Part shown: in pieces, positions 13,286-25,513 of the stretch
Numbering within the stretch: position 1 is the first letter of the stretch
Layout of the letters: every line of letters begins with the position of its first letter
Assembly: GCA_964035575.1 (NCBI GenBank)
Contig: OZ037839.1
Span: forward strand, 1,550,001 to 1,614,000
Length of the DNA: 64,000 nucleotides
Direction of reading: 5' to 3'
DNA from: Rhynchopus sp. YZ270_cl-10
Lineage: Eukaryota
Notes under the pieces: model-generated
Database searches by the model: none
What the model saw: only the letters and a program-made list of their open reading frames with translations
Told to the model about the DNA's origin: nothing
Translations under genes and position numbers: made by a program

Positions 13286-15352
13286 ATAACACCCACGTTA
13301 CTACATTTACGATAATACCCACTGGGTATTATCGTAAACTTTTTGGGTATTATCGTAAACTTTTTGGGTATTATCGTAAACTTTTTGGGTATTATCGTAA
13401 ACTTTTTGGGTATTAGTTTTGGGTATTATCGTAAACTTTTTGGGTATTACCCAGGTTGGGTAGTACCCAGGCACCCAGGCACCCAGGCACCCAGGCACCC
13501 AGGCACCCAGGCACCCAGGCACCCAGGCACCCAGGCACCCAGGCACCCAGGCACCCAGGCACCCAGGCACCCAGGCACCCAGGCACCCAGGCACCCAGGC
13601 ACCCAGGCACCCAGGCACCCAGGTACCCAGGTACCCAGGTACCCAGGTCCAGGTCCAGGAACAGGTACCCAGGAACAGGAAAAAAGTCGTGAAAGAGCAA
13701 CCACAGCTCCACATGACAAACACAAAAGTGTCCAGTCACATGGGGCATTCATGCACTGAGGAGATAATGATCCAACAATTTACAAGAAAGATTACTTAAC
13801 CTACTGCTGGAAATTGCCAGGTCGTAGTAACACACAAAGTGTGCCTCCGTTCGGGAAGACCGGATATTCTAGAGACCAAAAAGGCCTCAAGAATATCTTC
13901 CGGTAGTCAAGGTAGAACCGAGTGAACGGCCCAAGACCCCCGTGGAGAAGTTAAATGTTGTAATGCTATCAGGTAGAAACTGCGAACACTGTCTTACCCT
14001 CCTCAATGCATGGTGGAAGATGTCTTACACAACCAATATCCTGTACCCAGGTACCCATATTCCCAGACCCACGCAGTACCACGTCGCAGTACTACGCAAA
14101 ATTTACCACCAGACCCTGTCTTCGTGCACCTTAAGTACAACGCCGCAGACAGGCCAAACATGCGTTGGACTCAGAGGAATGCCCGCTGTGCAGGTATCAT
14201 GAGAACCAACTCCCAGCAACAAGGGGCGCCTTTTGGCGGGCGTTGTTGAGGGTGTTTGGGGTGCAAAGTTTTCCACAATTTTGATGCGCGGGTACAGAAG
14301 TGTTGTCTTGTTCTTTCATCTCTAGGAATGTAAATGTCAATCGCGTTTAACTACCACTAGGGCTTGTTCAGTGAACCCACAAGGGGTCGAAGGGGGTTGG
14401 TTATCCCATATCTATCAAAGGTTGTGTCGACCAGGCGAAACCACTATGTTACGCTGTACGTTGTTAAATCCGAAGAAATAACACTTTAGCAGCCGCAGGA
14501 AGTTTGCTAAAAAGAGTGCCTCACGCTACACAAACCACCACCCGCGATTGACTTAGATGTTATAACAAAGAGAATTCAGAACAAAACAACACCCTGCCCC
14601 ATACACACTAAATTGTCATGCTTCAAGAGCATGCCTGGGCCAAAATTACTATGACGAAAAGGCAACAAGACCACCCACAAGGAGTGTGAAATGTGCACTG
14701 GTTTTCTGGGGGAACGCAATATTTTCTTGTGTCTAGTCCTCCGCGAGCAGAGGACAGACTTTCCGGAAGGTTGCCAAAGTCGAATTTCTTGCACTAGCTA
14801 TGCTCCCTGGGTTAATGGCTATAGCAGTGACTGACTAAATGTTCCCACCCAGGTCTTCGTATGTTGAGGTGTAGAATGTCGGAGACGGAGAAGCGCAATC
14901 GCTGATGCAGTTCAGATTTCGCGATCCTGTGATGAGTGTAAATGTGGGTGTAATTAAGTTATGTCGCTTGGAGAAAGATTAATTGTTAATTGTCAAGAAA
15001 AATGGTTACCCTGAATTTGAGGATGTAAGACAGGGATGCAAAAAGTTGTGTAAAAAAAACCCCCCCCCCCATATATTTAGTGAAAATTGTATTTTCTCTG
15101 GGGTCGATGAAACCATACCTTGTCTGCACATTCACCAGCGTGCGAGCGCCTCTGATACCTTGCGCGAGTAGCCAGCTAAATCACATCGTACCTGGGTACC
15201 TGGGTAATACCCAAAAAGTTTACGATAATACCCAAAACTAATACCCAAATAGTTTACGATAATACCCAAAAACTTTACGATAATACCCAAAAAGTTTACG
15301 ATAATACCCAGTGGGTATTATCGTAAATGGGTATTAGTAACGTGGGTGTTAT
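13286..15352. mobile_element. Nested foldback-type element with ~170-bp inverted ends built from 21-bp subrepeats
   Basis: ATAACACCCACGTTAC...(GGGTATTATCGTAAACTTTTT)n on the left, and its reverse complement at ~15190-15352. Possible TA/AT TSD. Confidence 0.75.
13465..13650. repeat. (CCCAGGCA/CCCAGGTA)n 8-mer repeat
   Basis: Read directly. The same motif occurs at ~31545-31612. Confidence 0.95.
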
Positions 15353-15494
15353 AGTCATTTTCCCAATTTTTTTTCCCGCACGCCCGCACTTTTTTTGGAG
15401 ATGTGCCGGGACGCTTACAAAGAAAAAAAGTTACGGTACCCTAACATTTTTATTGATTCCTACACCGGTAAGTGGGGGGACAAAGCTATTTTGT

Positions 15495-15850
15495 TGCACA
15501 CGACCGGACGTATCTACGTGGTACGGTGTCAGAGGTTGGGAAAGGCTTCCTCAAGCTGCATCGCGTTGGAAACCATAGAATAGAATTGTCAGTGTTTTGG
15601 CGGTGTTGGTGATATGTGGGAGTGGTGTCCTTCGTGCACAGGGTTGACGTCCCTCTATTGCCATCACTTCGCAGTGCCAGACGTATTGATAGCTGGTTCC
15701 TTTCGCACTGCACGACTAGATTTGTCAGGATTGAGCAACGTGGTGAGCGTTGGGGCACAACTTCCTCAATGGCTGTGATGCACCACCTTCAAATGTCTTG
15801 AGCGGGTAATCTCGTGTCGAGCTGTGTCCCCAACACCACCGTGACGAAGA
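15495..15850 (+). pseudogene. Degenerate LRR gene relic (further copies at ~21880-22330 and ~24635-24780 + 25514-25680)
   Basis: Frameshifted LRR-like pieces such as RLDLSGLSNVVSVG and VLDLPGLEGVVPVGDWLLSHC are repeated in each intergenic unit. Confidence 0.55.
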
Positions 15851-16169
15851 ACGCCACAACAAAAGCAAGACAAGCAGCAGACAGCCCTAACCTAGGCAAC
15901 ACTGACTTGTACTGCGGACAACGTGTTTTTGCTATCAAAAATACCCACAAGGAGGAGGGGATACAACAGCCTCGTGGGTACACCGCTGACACACCCTGGA
16001 AGCGAGCAACTAACAATCTTGGTTTTCCTTTTCACGTTTTTCAGTCTTTTGAGCAACAAATAGAAACGAGTCTCTCGAGCATGTTATCCCCCCATTTTGT
16101 TGTATCTTGCCTCCCTCCTCCTCCTTCTCAACACTTACCCCACAACAGAGCAACACTTCACTCGAAACA

Positions 16170-17735
16170 ATGGAACTGTGTGTGCAGGGATATGATGATG
16201 GAACCAAATTCGTGATTGAGGTGGGTGAGAACGACACAACGGAGACGATGCGGCAGAAGGTGGCGTCTGCAACAGGGTTGTGCGAAGACAGCTTCCGCAT
16301 GGGCTTCGGAGGGAAGGAGGAAGGAGAGGACATCACAGAACTGAGTGCTGGAGACACAGTCGTGTTGACGAAAAATACTAAGTACGCATCTGTCAAGGAA
16401 CTTCGTGCCTTGGGTGAGACAGACATTTCCGAAGCGAGGTTGGCGACTGTGAAGGATCCTGAGGTGGCTTCTCTGCTTCTTCAGGCGGAGGTTGCGACTG
16501 TTATTCCATACGAGTTCTTGAGCACAGCATCGTTTACGAGACTTGATCTCTCTGCTGTGTCTGGTGTGACGCGAATTGAGGACCGCTTCCTCTTAGGCTG
16601 TGCGTCGGTGGAAACCGTTGACTTGTCGGGATTGTGCAACGTTACGCACATCGGGGACTACTGTCTCTATGGCTGCCCATCGTTGACAAGCCTTGACGTG
16701 TCAGGGTTCACTGGTGTGACGGTCATAGGGAGGTCGTTCCTCCATGAAAGTGGCGTCACAAATCTTGACTTATCCGAGATGACGAGTTTGACGGAGGTTG
16801 GTGCATACTTTCTTGCCTACTGCGATTCATTGGAAAGTCTTGACATCTCAGGATGGCGCAGAGTCACGCACATTCAGAACAACTTCCTCCAGAACTGCAC
16901 CTCGTTGGCAACGATTGATTTATCAGTTTTTTGCAGTGTCACGAAGATAGCCACCGCCTTTCTCGTCAACTGCTCGTCGTTGACCACCATCAGCTTTTCA
17001 GGGATGACGAATGTGACGGAAATTGGGAACAGCTTTTGTAGGATCTGCACCTCGTTGGAAACGATTGACTTGACAGTACTGCACAGAGTTGTGAAGGTGG
17101 GGGACGACTTTCTTTGGGGTTGCACCTCGCTGGGAAGTATCGACCTTTCAGCTTTCGGCAGTGTCGCAGTCATGGGTTCCGCGTTTCTTAGTCACTGTTC
17201 ATCATTGAAAACAGTTGATTTATCAGTGTTGCGCAGCATCAAGCGCATTGAGCGCGGCTGGATGCAAGGGTGTTCCGCGTTGACAACAGCAGACTTCTCA
17301 GAACTGAGCAATGTTAGACGGATTGATGCAGATTTCCTGCAAGATTGCACATCCTTGACGACGCTGGACATGTCAGGTTTTGGCAGGGACACAGTGATCC
17401 AGCGCAACTTCCTGCTGAACTGCAACGCACTCACAACAGTCGTCTTGCCAGGCAACATCGACATTGACGAGATGTTGTCTCTCCCGAATCGAGACCCAGC
17501 CCTCTCCTACAAGCTGACCTTCCGTGAACGTATGCGTGACATTTACGCAAGGTTTACAGAACAGTTCGAAGATGTGCGGATAGAAGCTTTTGAGGCAGTA
17601 CGAACAGACGTGTCTGGAAGTGCAAGACAATGTATTGCATTGAAAGCAGGACAAGAGAGAGAAGGGATTGATGCAAGCACAAGAGGACAAAAAAGAGGAA
17701 CAAAAAGAGGATTTGGAGAGTTGGGGGCAGCATAA
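16170..17735 (+). CDS. UBL + BspA-type LRR protein, copy 3 (521 aa, ~13 LRRs, basic tail)
   Basis: Intact ORF, paralogous to 9107-10732, with the same upstream acceptor region. Confidence 0.88.
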   Translation: MELCVQGYDDGTKFVIEVGENDTTETMRQKVASATGLCEDSFRMGFGGKEEGEDITELSAGDTVVLTKNTKYASVKELRALGETDISEARLATVKDPEVASLLLQAEVATVIPYEFLSTASFTRLDLSAVSGVTRIEDRFLLGCASVETVDLSGLCNVTHIGDYCLYGCPSLTSLDVSGFTGVTVIGRSFLHESGVTNLDLSEMTSLTEVGAYFLAYCDSLESLDISGWRRVTHIQNNFLQNCTSLATIDLSVFCSVTKIATAFLVNCSSLTTISFSGMTNVTEIGNSFCRICTSLETIDLTVLHRVVKVGDDFLWGCTSLGSIDLSAFGSVAVMGSAFLSHCSSLKTVDLSVLRSIKRIERGWMQGCSALTTADFSELSNVRRIDADFLQDCTSLTTLDMSGFGRDTVIQRNFLLNCNALTTVVLPGNIDIDEMLSLPNRDPALSYKLTFRERMRDIYARFTEQFEDVRIEAFEAVRTDVSGSARQCIALKAGQEREGIDASTRGQKRGTKRGFGELGAA

Positions 17736-18388
17736 ACAGGAGCAGGACAAGCTGGATGAACAGAGGGGTTTGGGGGGTTTGGTGATTTGTGTGAAGAACA
17801 CTTCGGTGAACCTATGGACCTCCATTTTTTGATACATTTTTGAACTGGGTAAAATATTTGGCAGGTTTGGTGCACAACTCTGACAAACCGGAGTCCACCC
17901 CTTTTTATGAACAACCTGTCAGCCCAAAGTCTTTTCCACTCGAGATATGTGTCAGGGTGAGGATAAGTGAAAAACAAACAAGAAAGCTATTTTGTTGTAT
18001 CCTGCCTCCCTCCTCCTCCTTCTCAACCCCTCCCCCGCTACTGAGTAAAACAAAAGCCTTTAGTGCCACACCCCTTCTCTTGCTCGCTTATCAGTGCTGC
18101 TCTCGTTGCAATGACGAAAACAACAACAGTCCTTCACGGTAATGAGTTTGTAACAACTCACCTCACGAATGCAGATGGATGGTACACAAGCGACCCATAA
18201 CCAGACGTGCTCCTTTATTAACACAACACACACCTTGGATCACTGTACAGTCACTCTACTCTACCACGTCAGTGGTCCATGCTACGTGAGGCACGTCCCT
18301 CTTGCATTTTCTGTGACCAAGCACGGAGACGCTAACATCCATTACCTTATCCTCCTATTCAGAGTCGAAGGGTCTTTGTGGGGGAAAT

Positions 18389-21300
18389 ATGCCAGAAATG
18401 AGTGCCGCAGATGTGCAGTCTTTGTTGGAATGTCCCGATCGCAGTCGTCATATGTATGTTGCTTTGGTTTTCCTGGGTGTACTGCAGCAGTGACGTAACA
18501 GTGGTCCAAAAATGAGTTGGAGGGCATTTAGGTTTGGATTTTTGGTGAATTTTGGGTGCTCGGGGAGGGGGAGGGGGGGGTTCGATGGCATGGCAGCAGA
18601 CGAACTGCCCTCCAGTTGGGTTAGGGTGGTGTGGTGTTCTGCTTTGATTTTCTCTTACCTTAAGAATTCCACATACACCCCCTTCCCCTTCCCTTGCTTG
18701 GCAGTTGTTTCCTGGGCGATGTTGGCCACGGACGGAGCACCCTTGCCAAATGCCTTGCCGCAGAGTATTCCATTATAGAGCCACAAGAGAGCAGATGTCT
18801 TGACCGCCGCCATGACTCGCGAGACGTATGTTGCTCAAAAAGAAAAGAAAGAATACTCTAAGAAGTTGCGGACCCCCTCCTTCTGCTCAATGCATAAAGA
18901 GGTACACTGCCACCCTCTCATCGCAATGCTTGTTTTCTGCAAAAAAAATAACAACGGAATTCATCCTCGGGTGTCTACAGTAATACAACCAATACATGCT
19001 CTAAAAAGTTTCCCCCTTCTTCTGCTCGCATCAAAAAGTACACTGGCACCCTCTCAGCGCAAAGCTTTTTTTTCCCTGCAAAAACATAACAAAAGACAAC
19101 AGAGAGAACCAAATCAATATTTTTGAAAACCGCTTGTTCTCACCACCCACCCCACACCCCCCCTCAGCGCTACGACATACCGCCGTCACCCAGCGTCGGT
19201 CTGCATTACGATGATGGGGAGGGGTTCTTGGTTAATGTGATTGGGTTGTGTGAGGAGGACTTGGCACATGGTGTGCACACCACGCTGCGCATATGCGACG
19301 GCGCTGTTATTGTCGTGAGCGTGGGTGATGGGGACAGCACCTCAAACCACACCCCCTCATGCGAAGCTGTCTCCACAGACAGGCTCTCAGGCGACGCCCT
19401 CCCCACACAGACCGCGACACTCCTGCGCAGTGCCCTCGCACTCCGCATCCGCCCCTTGCTTATGCTCAACAAACTTGATGTCCCCCTCGCCTCTGGCACC
19501 CCTGAAGCCACCTACCAGCGCTGTCTTAGGATCATTGCCTCCACCAATGACGTCACCTCACTCTACAATGATGATACCCATACCGAACTCCATCCGTCCC
19601 TCGGTAACGTCGTTTTTGGGTCGGGTCTCGGGTCTTGGTCGTTTACGCTGAAAGATTTTGTGGGATTGTATTCGAAGAAATTGGAGATCAATGAAAGCAA
19701 ACTTCTGAACCGGATTTGGGGGGATCATTTCTATGATGCTAAGACGAAGAGGTGGGGGGAGGATTCGGGGAGCGGGGAGAGGGGGTTTTGTCAGTTCTGT
19801 TTGGAGCCGTTGTGGGGGTTGGCGGAGGCGGTGTTGAATGGGAAGGAAGAGAAGCTGGCACGGATGCTGCGCAGTCTGAAGATCACTGTGAACAGGACAC
19901 AACGTGACCTGACCCCGTCACGCCGTCTTCAAGCCATTCTCAAGAAACTGCTGCCTTCCAAACAGCTCCTCCACGCTGTTGTCACTGCCCTCCCCTCCCC
20001 CCTTGAGGCTCAGACCTACCGCACACCCCTGCTCTACGACGACAGCACCATTGACATCCACGACCCCGGATACCTCGGTGTCAGCCACTGCAGTCCCACC
20101 GCACCTCTCACCCTCTTCATCGCATCTGTTGTCCCATATGACGGACGACTCTTCGCATTTGGCAGAGTATTTTCCGGAACAGTCTCCCGCGGGGAAAAGC
20201 TTCGCGCCGGAAGAGACCATATCAGGCAAGGAAGCATGGTGGCGGTGTTTGGAAAATGGCATCATCCGGTGGGGAGGTTGGTTTGTGGGAACCTTTGTGC
20301 ATTGGATCTGAATGTGAAGGTGGGGGCAACGGTGTCGGATGGGGTGGTGTGTCCATTGAAGAGCGATGTAGGGGGTGTCAGTGTGGTGCAGGCTGAGGTT
20401 GCGTGTGAGGTTCGGGATCTTCCAAAATTGGTGAATGCGTTGCGCCACGCGGCGAGGCGTGAACGTACCGTGGACATTGCAGTATCGGAAACGGGTGCCC
20501 ACACGGTTGCCGGTTCTACAGAAGATGCGGTACTTCACTGCCTGGCGCGTCTTCGCAGTGCAGACTACCCTGAGGCAGGCTACAGAGCACCGTGCTTTAC
20601 AGTCTCCGATCTTTCCATCCGACTTCGCGAAACCATCACCGAAGCAAGCAACCGTCAATGCACCGCAATGTCACCCAACAGACACAACGTATTGTACTGC
20701 AAAGGCTTTCCTCTACCAGACGCTGTCTGCACACAGATTGAAGAGGGGACATACAAAACACCGGTATGGTGCTTTGGGCCGGCCGGAGGGCCGAATGTTG
20801 TGGTCGATGTTACGAAGGGTGTGCAATATATGCAGGAGCTGAAAGACTCAGTTGGGGCGGCGTGGACGTGGCTGACGGGGGAGGGTGTGTTGTGTGGGGA
20901 GGTGATGAGAGGGGTGCGGGTGGACATCGAGCATGCGACGTTGCACGCAGATGCTATCCACCGTGGTGCAGGACAGATCATTCCCACCATGCGGGATGCA
21001 GCGCGTGCCTGCATTCTCACGGCAGCGCCGCGGTTGATGGTGCCGATCTTCCGTCTGGATGTGACCACCACACTCACATCAATCGACTCCGTCTACACAA
21101 CTCTGCAACAACGAAGATGCACGGTCCTTGGAGAGAGCACCCGCGGTACTATGTTCAATGTATGAATCAAAGGGGTTTTTTCTTTTTACTTTTTGGACTG
21201 GCGTACACGTCACACCCTTTAACGGTATTGTGTAAAGTTGTCTTGTTGTTGTACGATTCACTCTTGTGGTCAAGGTGGCTTCAGTCTAGATATCTTTCTT

Positions 21301-21851
21301 TTCTACCTTTCTCCCTGCAGGTCCGTGCACACCTTCCTGCAACAGAGTCCATCGGGCTTTCTGCGGAGCTTCGCAACAAAACTGGGGGACAGGTATGGCA
21401 CGTTCCAGGAACGCGAATAAGATATGTTGCTTTTTGTTTCAAATATCAAGTCCTCGGCAATAAGAAGCAGACAACCACGTACGGTGCACCTCCCCTTTTG
21501 CAATTCAGAAGCAGTCACTGCATTCACTATTTCAGTAGGGGGGAAAAGAAGAGCGGTGAAGCTTTTCATCAGCACCATTTGTCTTTGTGTACAGCCACCA
21601 TTGTCTCCTGCACGCAGGAGGGTCTTTGCACTTTACACTTCTGTTTTTCCTCCTTTCCCCCTCCCCTCCCACAACCCGCTCCCTTGCTACAGGCGGTGCA
21701 GAGCAGTGTCTTTGATCATTGGGCGTTGTACCCGGGTGACCCGCTTGCTCTTGAGACACCTGCAGCGGACATGGTACGTCAGATACGCGTGCGCAATGGC
21801 CTTCCAGAGACACTGGAAAGCTTCCACGACGCACGAACATGTGTGCTGTAG
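18389..21851 (+). CDS. Divergent eukaryotic elongation factor 2-like protein, 5 exons: 18389-18453, 18705-18825, 19168-21159, 21321-21392, 21693-21851 (~802 aa)
   Basis: Four GTATG...CAG introns join the exons in frame. The N-terminus MPEMSAADVQSLLECPDRSRHICFLGDVGHGRST is colinear with eEF2. Also seen: NKLD, GNVVFGSGL, FAFGRVFSGTV, MSPNRHN, WCFGP, LHADAIHRGAGQIIPT, TGGQAVQSSVFDHW. Confidence 0.88.
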
Positions 21852-22614
21852 AGAGGGGGTGCACACAAGCCTTGCTGTTGGTCGTTGGGGTGGGGGTGGT
21901 TGCAGGCGTTCGGGTCCACTACTGCTCTGTATGGTGAGTTGCTGAGGCGAGCAGTGTCACTTCCATCGGGTAATTGTCTTTATGGCGTCGAGTGGACAGT
22001 GCTTGACTTGCCTGGGTTGGAAGGGGTGGTGCCTGTTGGAGATTGGTTGCTTTCGCACTGCAGCGTGTTGACACGACCGGACGTATCTACGTGGTACGGT
22101 GTCAGAGGTTGGGAAAGGCTTCCTCAAGCTGCATCGCGTTGGAAACCATAGAAGAGAATTGTCAGTGTTTTGGCGGTGTTGGTGATATGCGGGAGTGGTG
22201 TCCTTCGTGCACAGAGTTGACGTCCCTCTATTGCCATCACTTCGCAGTGCCAGACGTATTGATAGCTGGTTCCTTTCGCACTGCACGACTAGATTTGTCA
22301 GGATTGAGCAACGTGGTGAGCGTTGGTGCGTGTTACACTGACTTGTACTGCGGACAACGTGTCTTTGCTATCAAAAATACCCACAAGGAGGAGGGGATAC
22401 AACAGCCTCGTGGGTACACCGCTGACACACCCTAGAAGCGAGCAACTAACAATCTTGGTTTTCCTCTTCACGTTTTTCAGTCTTTTGAGCAACAAACAAA
22501 TAGAAACGAGTCTCTCGAGCATGTTATCCCCTCATTAGATTTTGTTGTATCTTGCCTCCCTCCTCCTCCTTCTCAACACTTACCCCACAACAGAGCAACA
22601 CTTCACTCGAAACA

Positions 22615-23817
22615 ATGGAACTGTGTGTGCAGGGATATGATGATGAAACCAAATTCGTGATTGAGGTGGGTGAGAAGGACACAACGGAGACGATGCGGCA
22701 GAAGGTGGCGTCAGCAACAGGGTTGTGCGAAGACAGCTTCCACATGGGCTTCGGAGGGAAGGAGGAAGGAGAGGACATCACAGAACTGAGTGCTGGAGAC
22801 ACAGTCGTGTTGACGAAAACTACTAAGGTCGCATCTGTTGAAGCACTTCGTGCCTTGGGTGAGACAGACATTTCCGAAGCGAGGTTGCGGACTGTGAAGG
22901 ATCCTAAGGTGGCTTCTCTGCTTCTTCAGGCGGAGGTTGCGACTGTTATTCCTAACTCGTTCTTGATCGAAACATCGTTTACAAGACTTGATCTCTCTGC
23001 TGTGTCTGTTGTGACGCGAATTGAGGACAACTTCCTCTACGGGTGTGCGTCGGTGGAAACCGTTGACTTGTCGGGATTGTGCAACGTTACGCACATTGCG
23101 CATCACTTTCTCTCTTACTGCCCATCGTTGAGAAGCCTTGACGTGTCAGGGTTCACTGGTGTGACGGTCATAGGGGAGTCGTTCCTCCAAGGAAGTGGCG
23201 TCACAAATCTTGACTTATCCGCGATGACGAGTGTGACGAAGGTTGGTACATACTTTCTTGCCTATTGCCACTCGTTGGAAAGGATTGACATCTCGGGATG
23301 GCACAGAATCACGCACATTGAGGACAGCTGGATGGTAGAGTGCTCCGTGTTGACAACAGCAGACTTATCAGGACTGAGGAATGTTAGTCGGATTGATTGG
23401 TCTTTCCTGCAAGATTGCACATCCTTGACGACGCTGGACATTTCAGGTTTTGGCAGCGTCACAGAGATCCCGTGCAACTTCCTGCTCAACTGCAACGCAC
23501 TCACAACAGTCATCTTGCCAGGCAACATCGACATTCACGAGATGTCTCTCCCGAATGAAGCCCAAAAGAACCATGGCGCTGGCCTCACGAAGACCTTCCA
23601 TGCATGTGTGCGTGACATTTACGCAAGGTTTACGGAACAGTTCGGAGGTGTGCGGACAGAAGATCTGGTACGAACAGACGTGTCTGGAGATGCAAGACAA
23701 TGTATTGCATTGAAAGCAGGACAAGAAGGAGAAGGTTTGTTGCAAGCACAAGAGGACGAGGACAAGCAGGAACTGGACAAAAAGGAGCATGGCAAGCGAG
23801 GGCATTTGGAGGGTTAG
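22615..23817 (+). CDS. UBL + BspA-type LRR protein, copy 4 (400 aa, ~8 LRRs, acidic-type tail)
   Basis: Intact ORF. It has an in-frame loss of 5 LRR units relative to copy 2, and its tail and 3' flank are nearly the same as copy 2. Confidence 0.88.
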   Translation: MELCVQGYDDETKFVIEVGEKDTTETMRQKVASATGLCEDSFHMGFGGKEEGEDITELSAGDTVVLTKTTKVASVEALRALGETDISEARLRTVKDPKVASLLLQAEVATVIPNSFLIETSFTRLDLSAVSVVTRIEDNFLYGCASVETVDLSGLCNVTHIAHHFLSYCPSLRSLDVSGFTGVTVIGESFLQGSGVTNLDLSAMTSVTKVGTYFLAYCHSLERIDISGWHRITHIEDSWMVECSVLTTADLSGLRNVSRIDWSFLQDCTSLTTLDISGFGSVTEIPCNFLLNCNALTTVILPGNIDIHEMSLPNEAQKNHGAGLTKTFHACVRDIYARFTEQFGGVRTEDLVRTDVSGDARQCIALKAGQEGEGLLQAQEDEDKQELDKKEHGKRGHLEG

Positions 23818-24780
23818 GGTACGGGACAGGCTGCAGCGATGTTGTGTCGAGCACAGTGTGGAACGGCGAGCAGAGGATGTCAGTGGTTGAAGCCCGTCCG
23901 AAACGCAGTGCGACCCACAGGAGGATTCTCGCAAGTGGCGGAGACACGCAGAGTGACGCCGCCAGCTGCGCACTGCTCCCTCGAAGCTGCACGACACACA
24001 CCCTCACAGGCCACTCCTCCCGCAAGCACTGCAGACAACAGAGCTGGAATCGCTGCTGCACAGCTTACTGGCAGCCCTACAATATCATGACATGTACGAC
24101 AGTTTGTGTGGAGAGAGGCTTAGGTTGATCTCATAAACACATTTCAAGTGCAATACGCATTTTCGGATGTCACGAGTCTTACTGTTTCCCCTTCCCCCCT
24201 TTTGTGTCTCAGCACCTTACTTTTTCAAGACACGGGTTTTCGAGCGTTTTCCGAGGTTTTCGGGTTTTTGGGCTATTTTCGGGGTTTCAAAAATAGAGAG
24301 AAAAGATGGATACTATCAAGAAAGAGCAGGACGACAGCAAAATAGAGAACGGGGGGGAGTTTCATTTTGTTTCATCCTTTCAAGGTGACCAAGCACGAGA
24401 GGCTTAGGTTCATGTTATGAACTTTTCATTCCTTTCTGTGAAAGAGAAAACTGACGCAGGAGCCTTTTATCGAATAAGCTTTTTCACACAACGTTTTTTG
24501 ATGTTCTTCTCCTTTGTTCACTCCCGTGTCTGTGTGCTGCTGTTGCTTCATATTTGTATTCTATACCGAAAAAAAGAAGGTAACATTTTTATTGATTCCT
24601 ACACCCGTAAGTGGGGGGACAAAGCTATTTTGTTGCACACAACCGTACGTATCTACATGGTACGGTGTCAGAGGTTGGGAAAGGCTTCCTGAAGCTGCAT
24701 CGCATTGGAAACAGAATAGAATTGTCAGTGTTTTGGCGGTGTTGGTGATATGCGGGAGAAGGTTCTTTCGTGCACAGGGT

Positions 24781-25513
24781 CAGGGCTTTCCGCAGGATTT
24801 GTGGTTTTGGCCTCCCAGGGGTACCAGCCAAAAAAAGGTGGAAAAAAAATTTTTCCGCGCCTTGTTGTCAGGGCTCTTATCAATCACCCCTACGGGGGTG
24901 ATTTGGGCCCGCCAGTAAATGCGGCTGCTTCGTGCGTGCGACTCCCTTCCAGTGCAGAGGGGGTGACGCGCTTTCCCCCCTCTGATGCACAAAATCGTGG
25001 AAGGTGCGAGGGTGGGAGGGTGAACCACAAGCCGCAGGGAGTGTCAGACTTCTGATCAGTAACCTCAGTACATCTATAAAAGAAGCGGCGGTCATGCACC
25101 CAAAGGTTCCAGGCGAAGCCACGGTACGCAACATTTCTAAAAAATGTTGACATAAAAATGACACTGTCGTTGGTAATTATCGTCAGAAACGTAAATTTTA
25201 CTTCCATATTTTGCGAAAACAAAATTTTCTGGCGACGCCACGGTACGCAACATTTTAGATCTCCTCCGTCTTCCAACCCTCATAATTGAATGAGATTGGC
25301 ACCTTCTTGTGTACAACCTCAAATGTCTCTGATGCTGGTTTGCCTGCAACTGACGCGAACATAGGGTTCGCGGTTGCCTCCCGTTGTTGCCTTATTATTG
25401 AGAGGAGCAGGGGAAGCTGTAACCTTATTTTATGCCTGTATTTGAACGTGCGGGGACAGGACGGCACGAAAAAATGTAAAAAATCTGGAAAAGTCCAAAT
25501 AGGAAGCCTCAGA
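24781..25513. mobile_element. ~730-bp insertion/replacement in the LRR relic (MITE-like, CAGGGCTTTCC...GGAAGCCTCAG ends)
   Basis: Absent from the paralogous intergenic copies (~15645-15696 and ~22215-22270). The internal part resembles ~28660-28985. Confidence 0.55.

Larger units (their letters stand above)
11475..15441. mobile_element. Non-autonomous PIF/Harbinger-like DNA transposon (composite, nested)
   Basis: Imperfect ~30-bp TIRs GGGTACCGAAACTTTT... / ...AAAAGTTACGGTACCC. TAA is duplicated at 11472-74 and 15442-44. The paralogous empty site aaggTAAcattttt is at 24581-83. Confidence 0.85.

Noticed and set aside
19123..21165. ORF-track 680-aa protein as a complete or truncated gene
   Set aside because: It is exon 3 of a five-exon gene plus flanking intron sequence.
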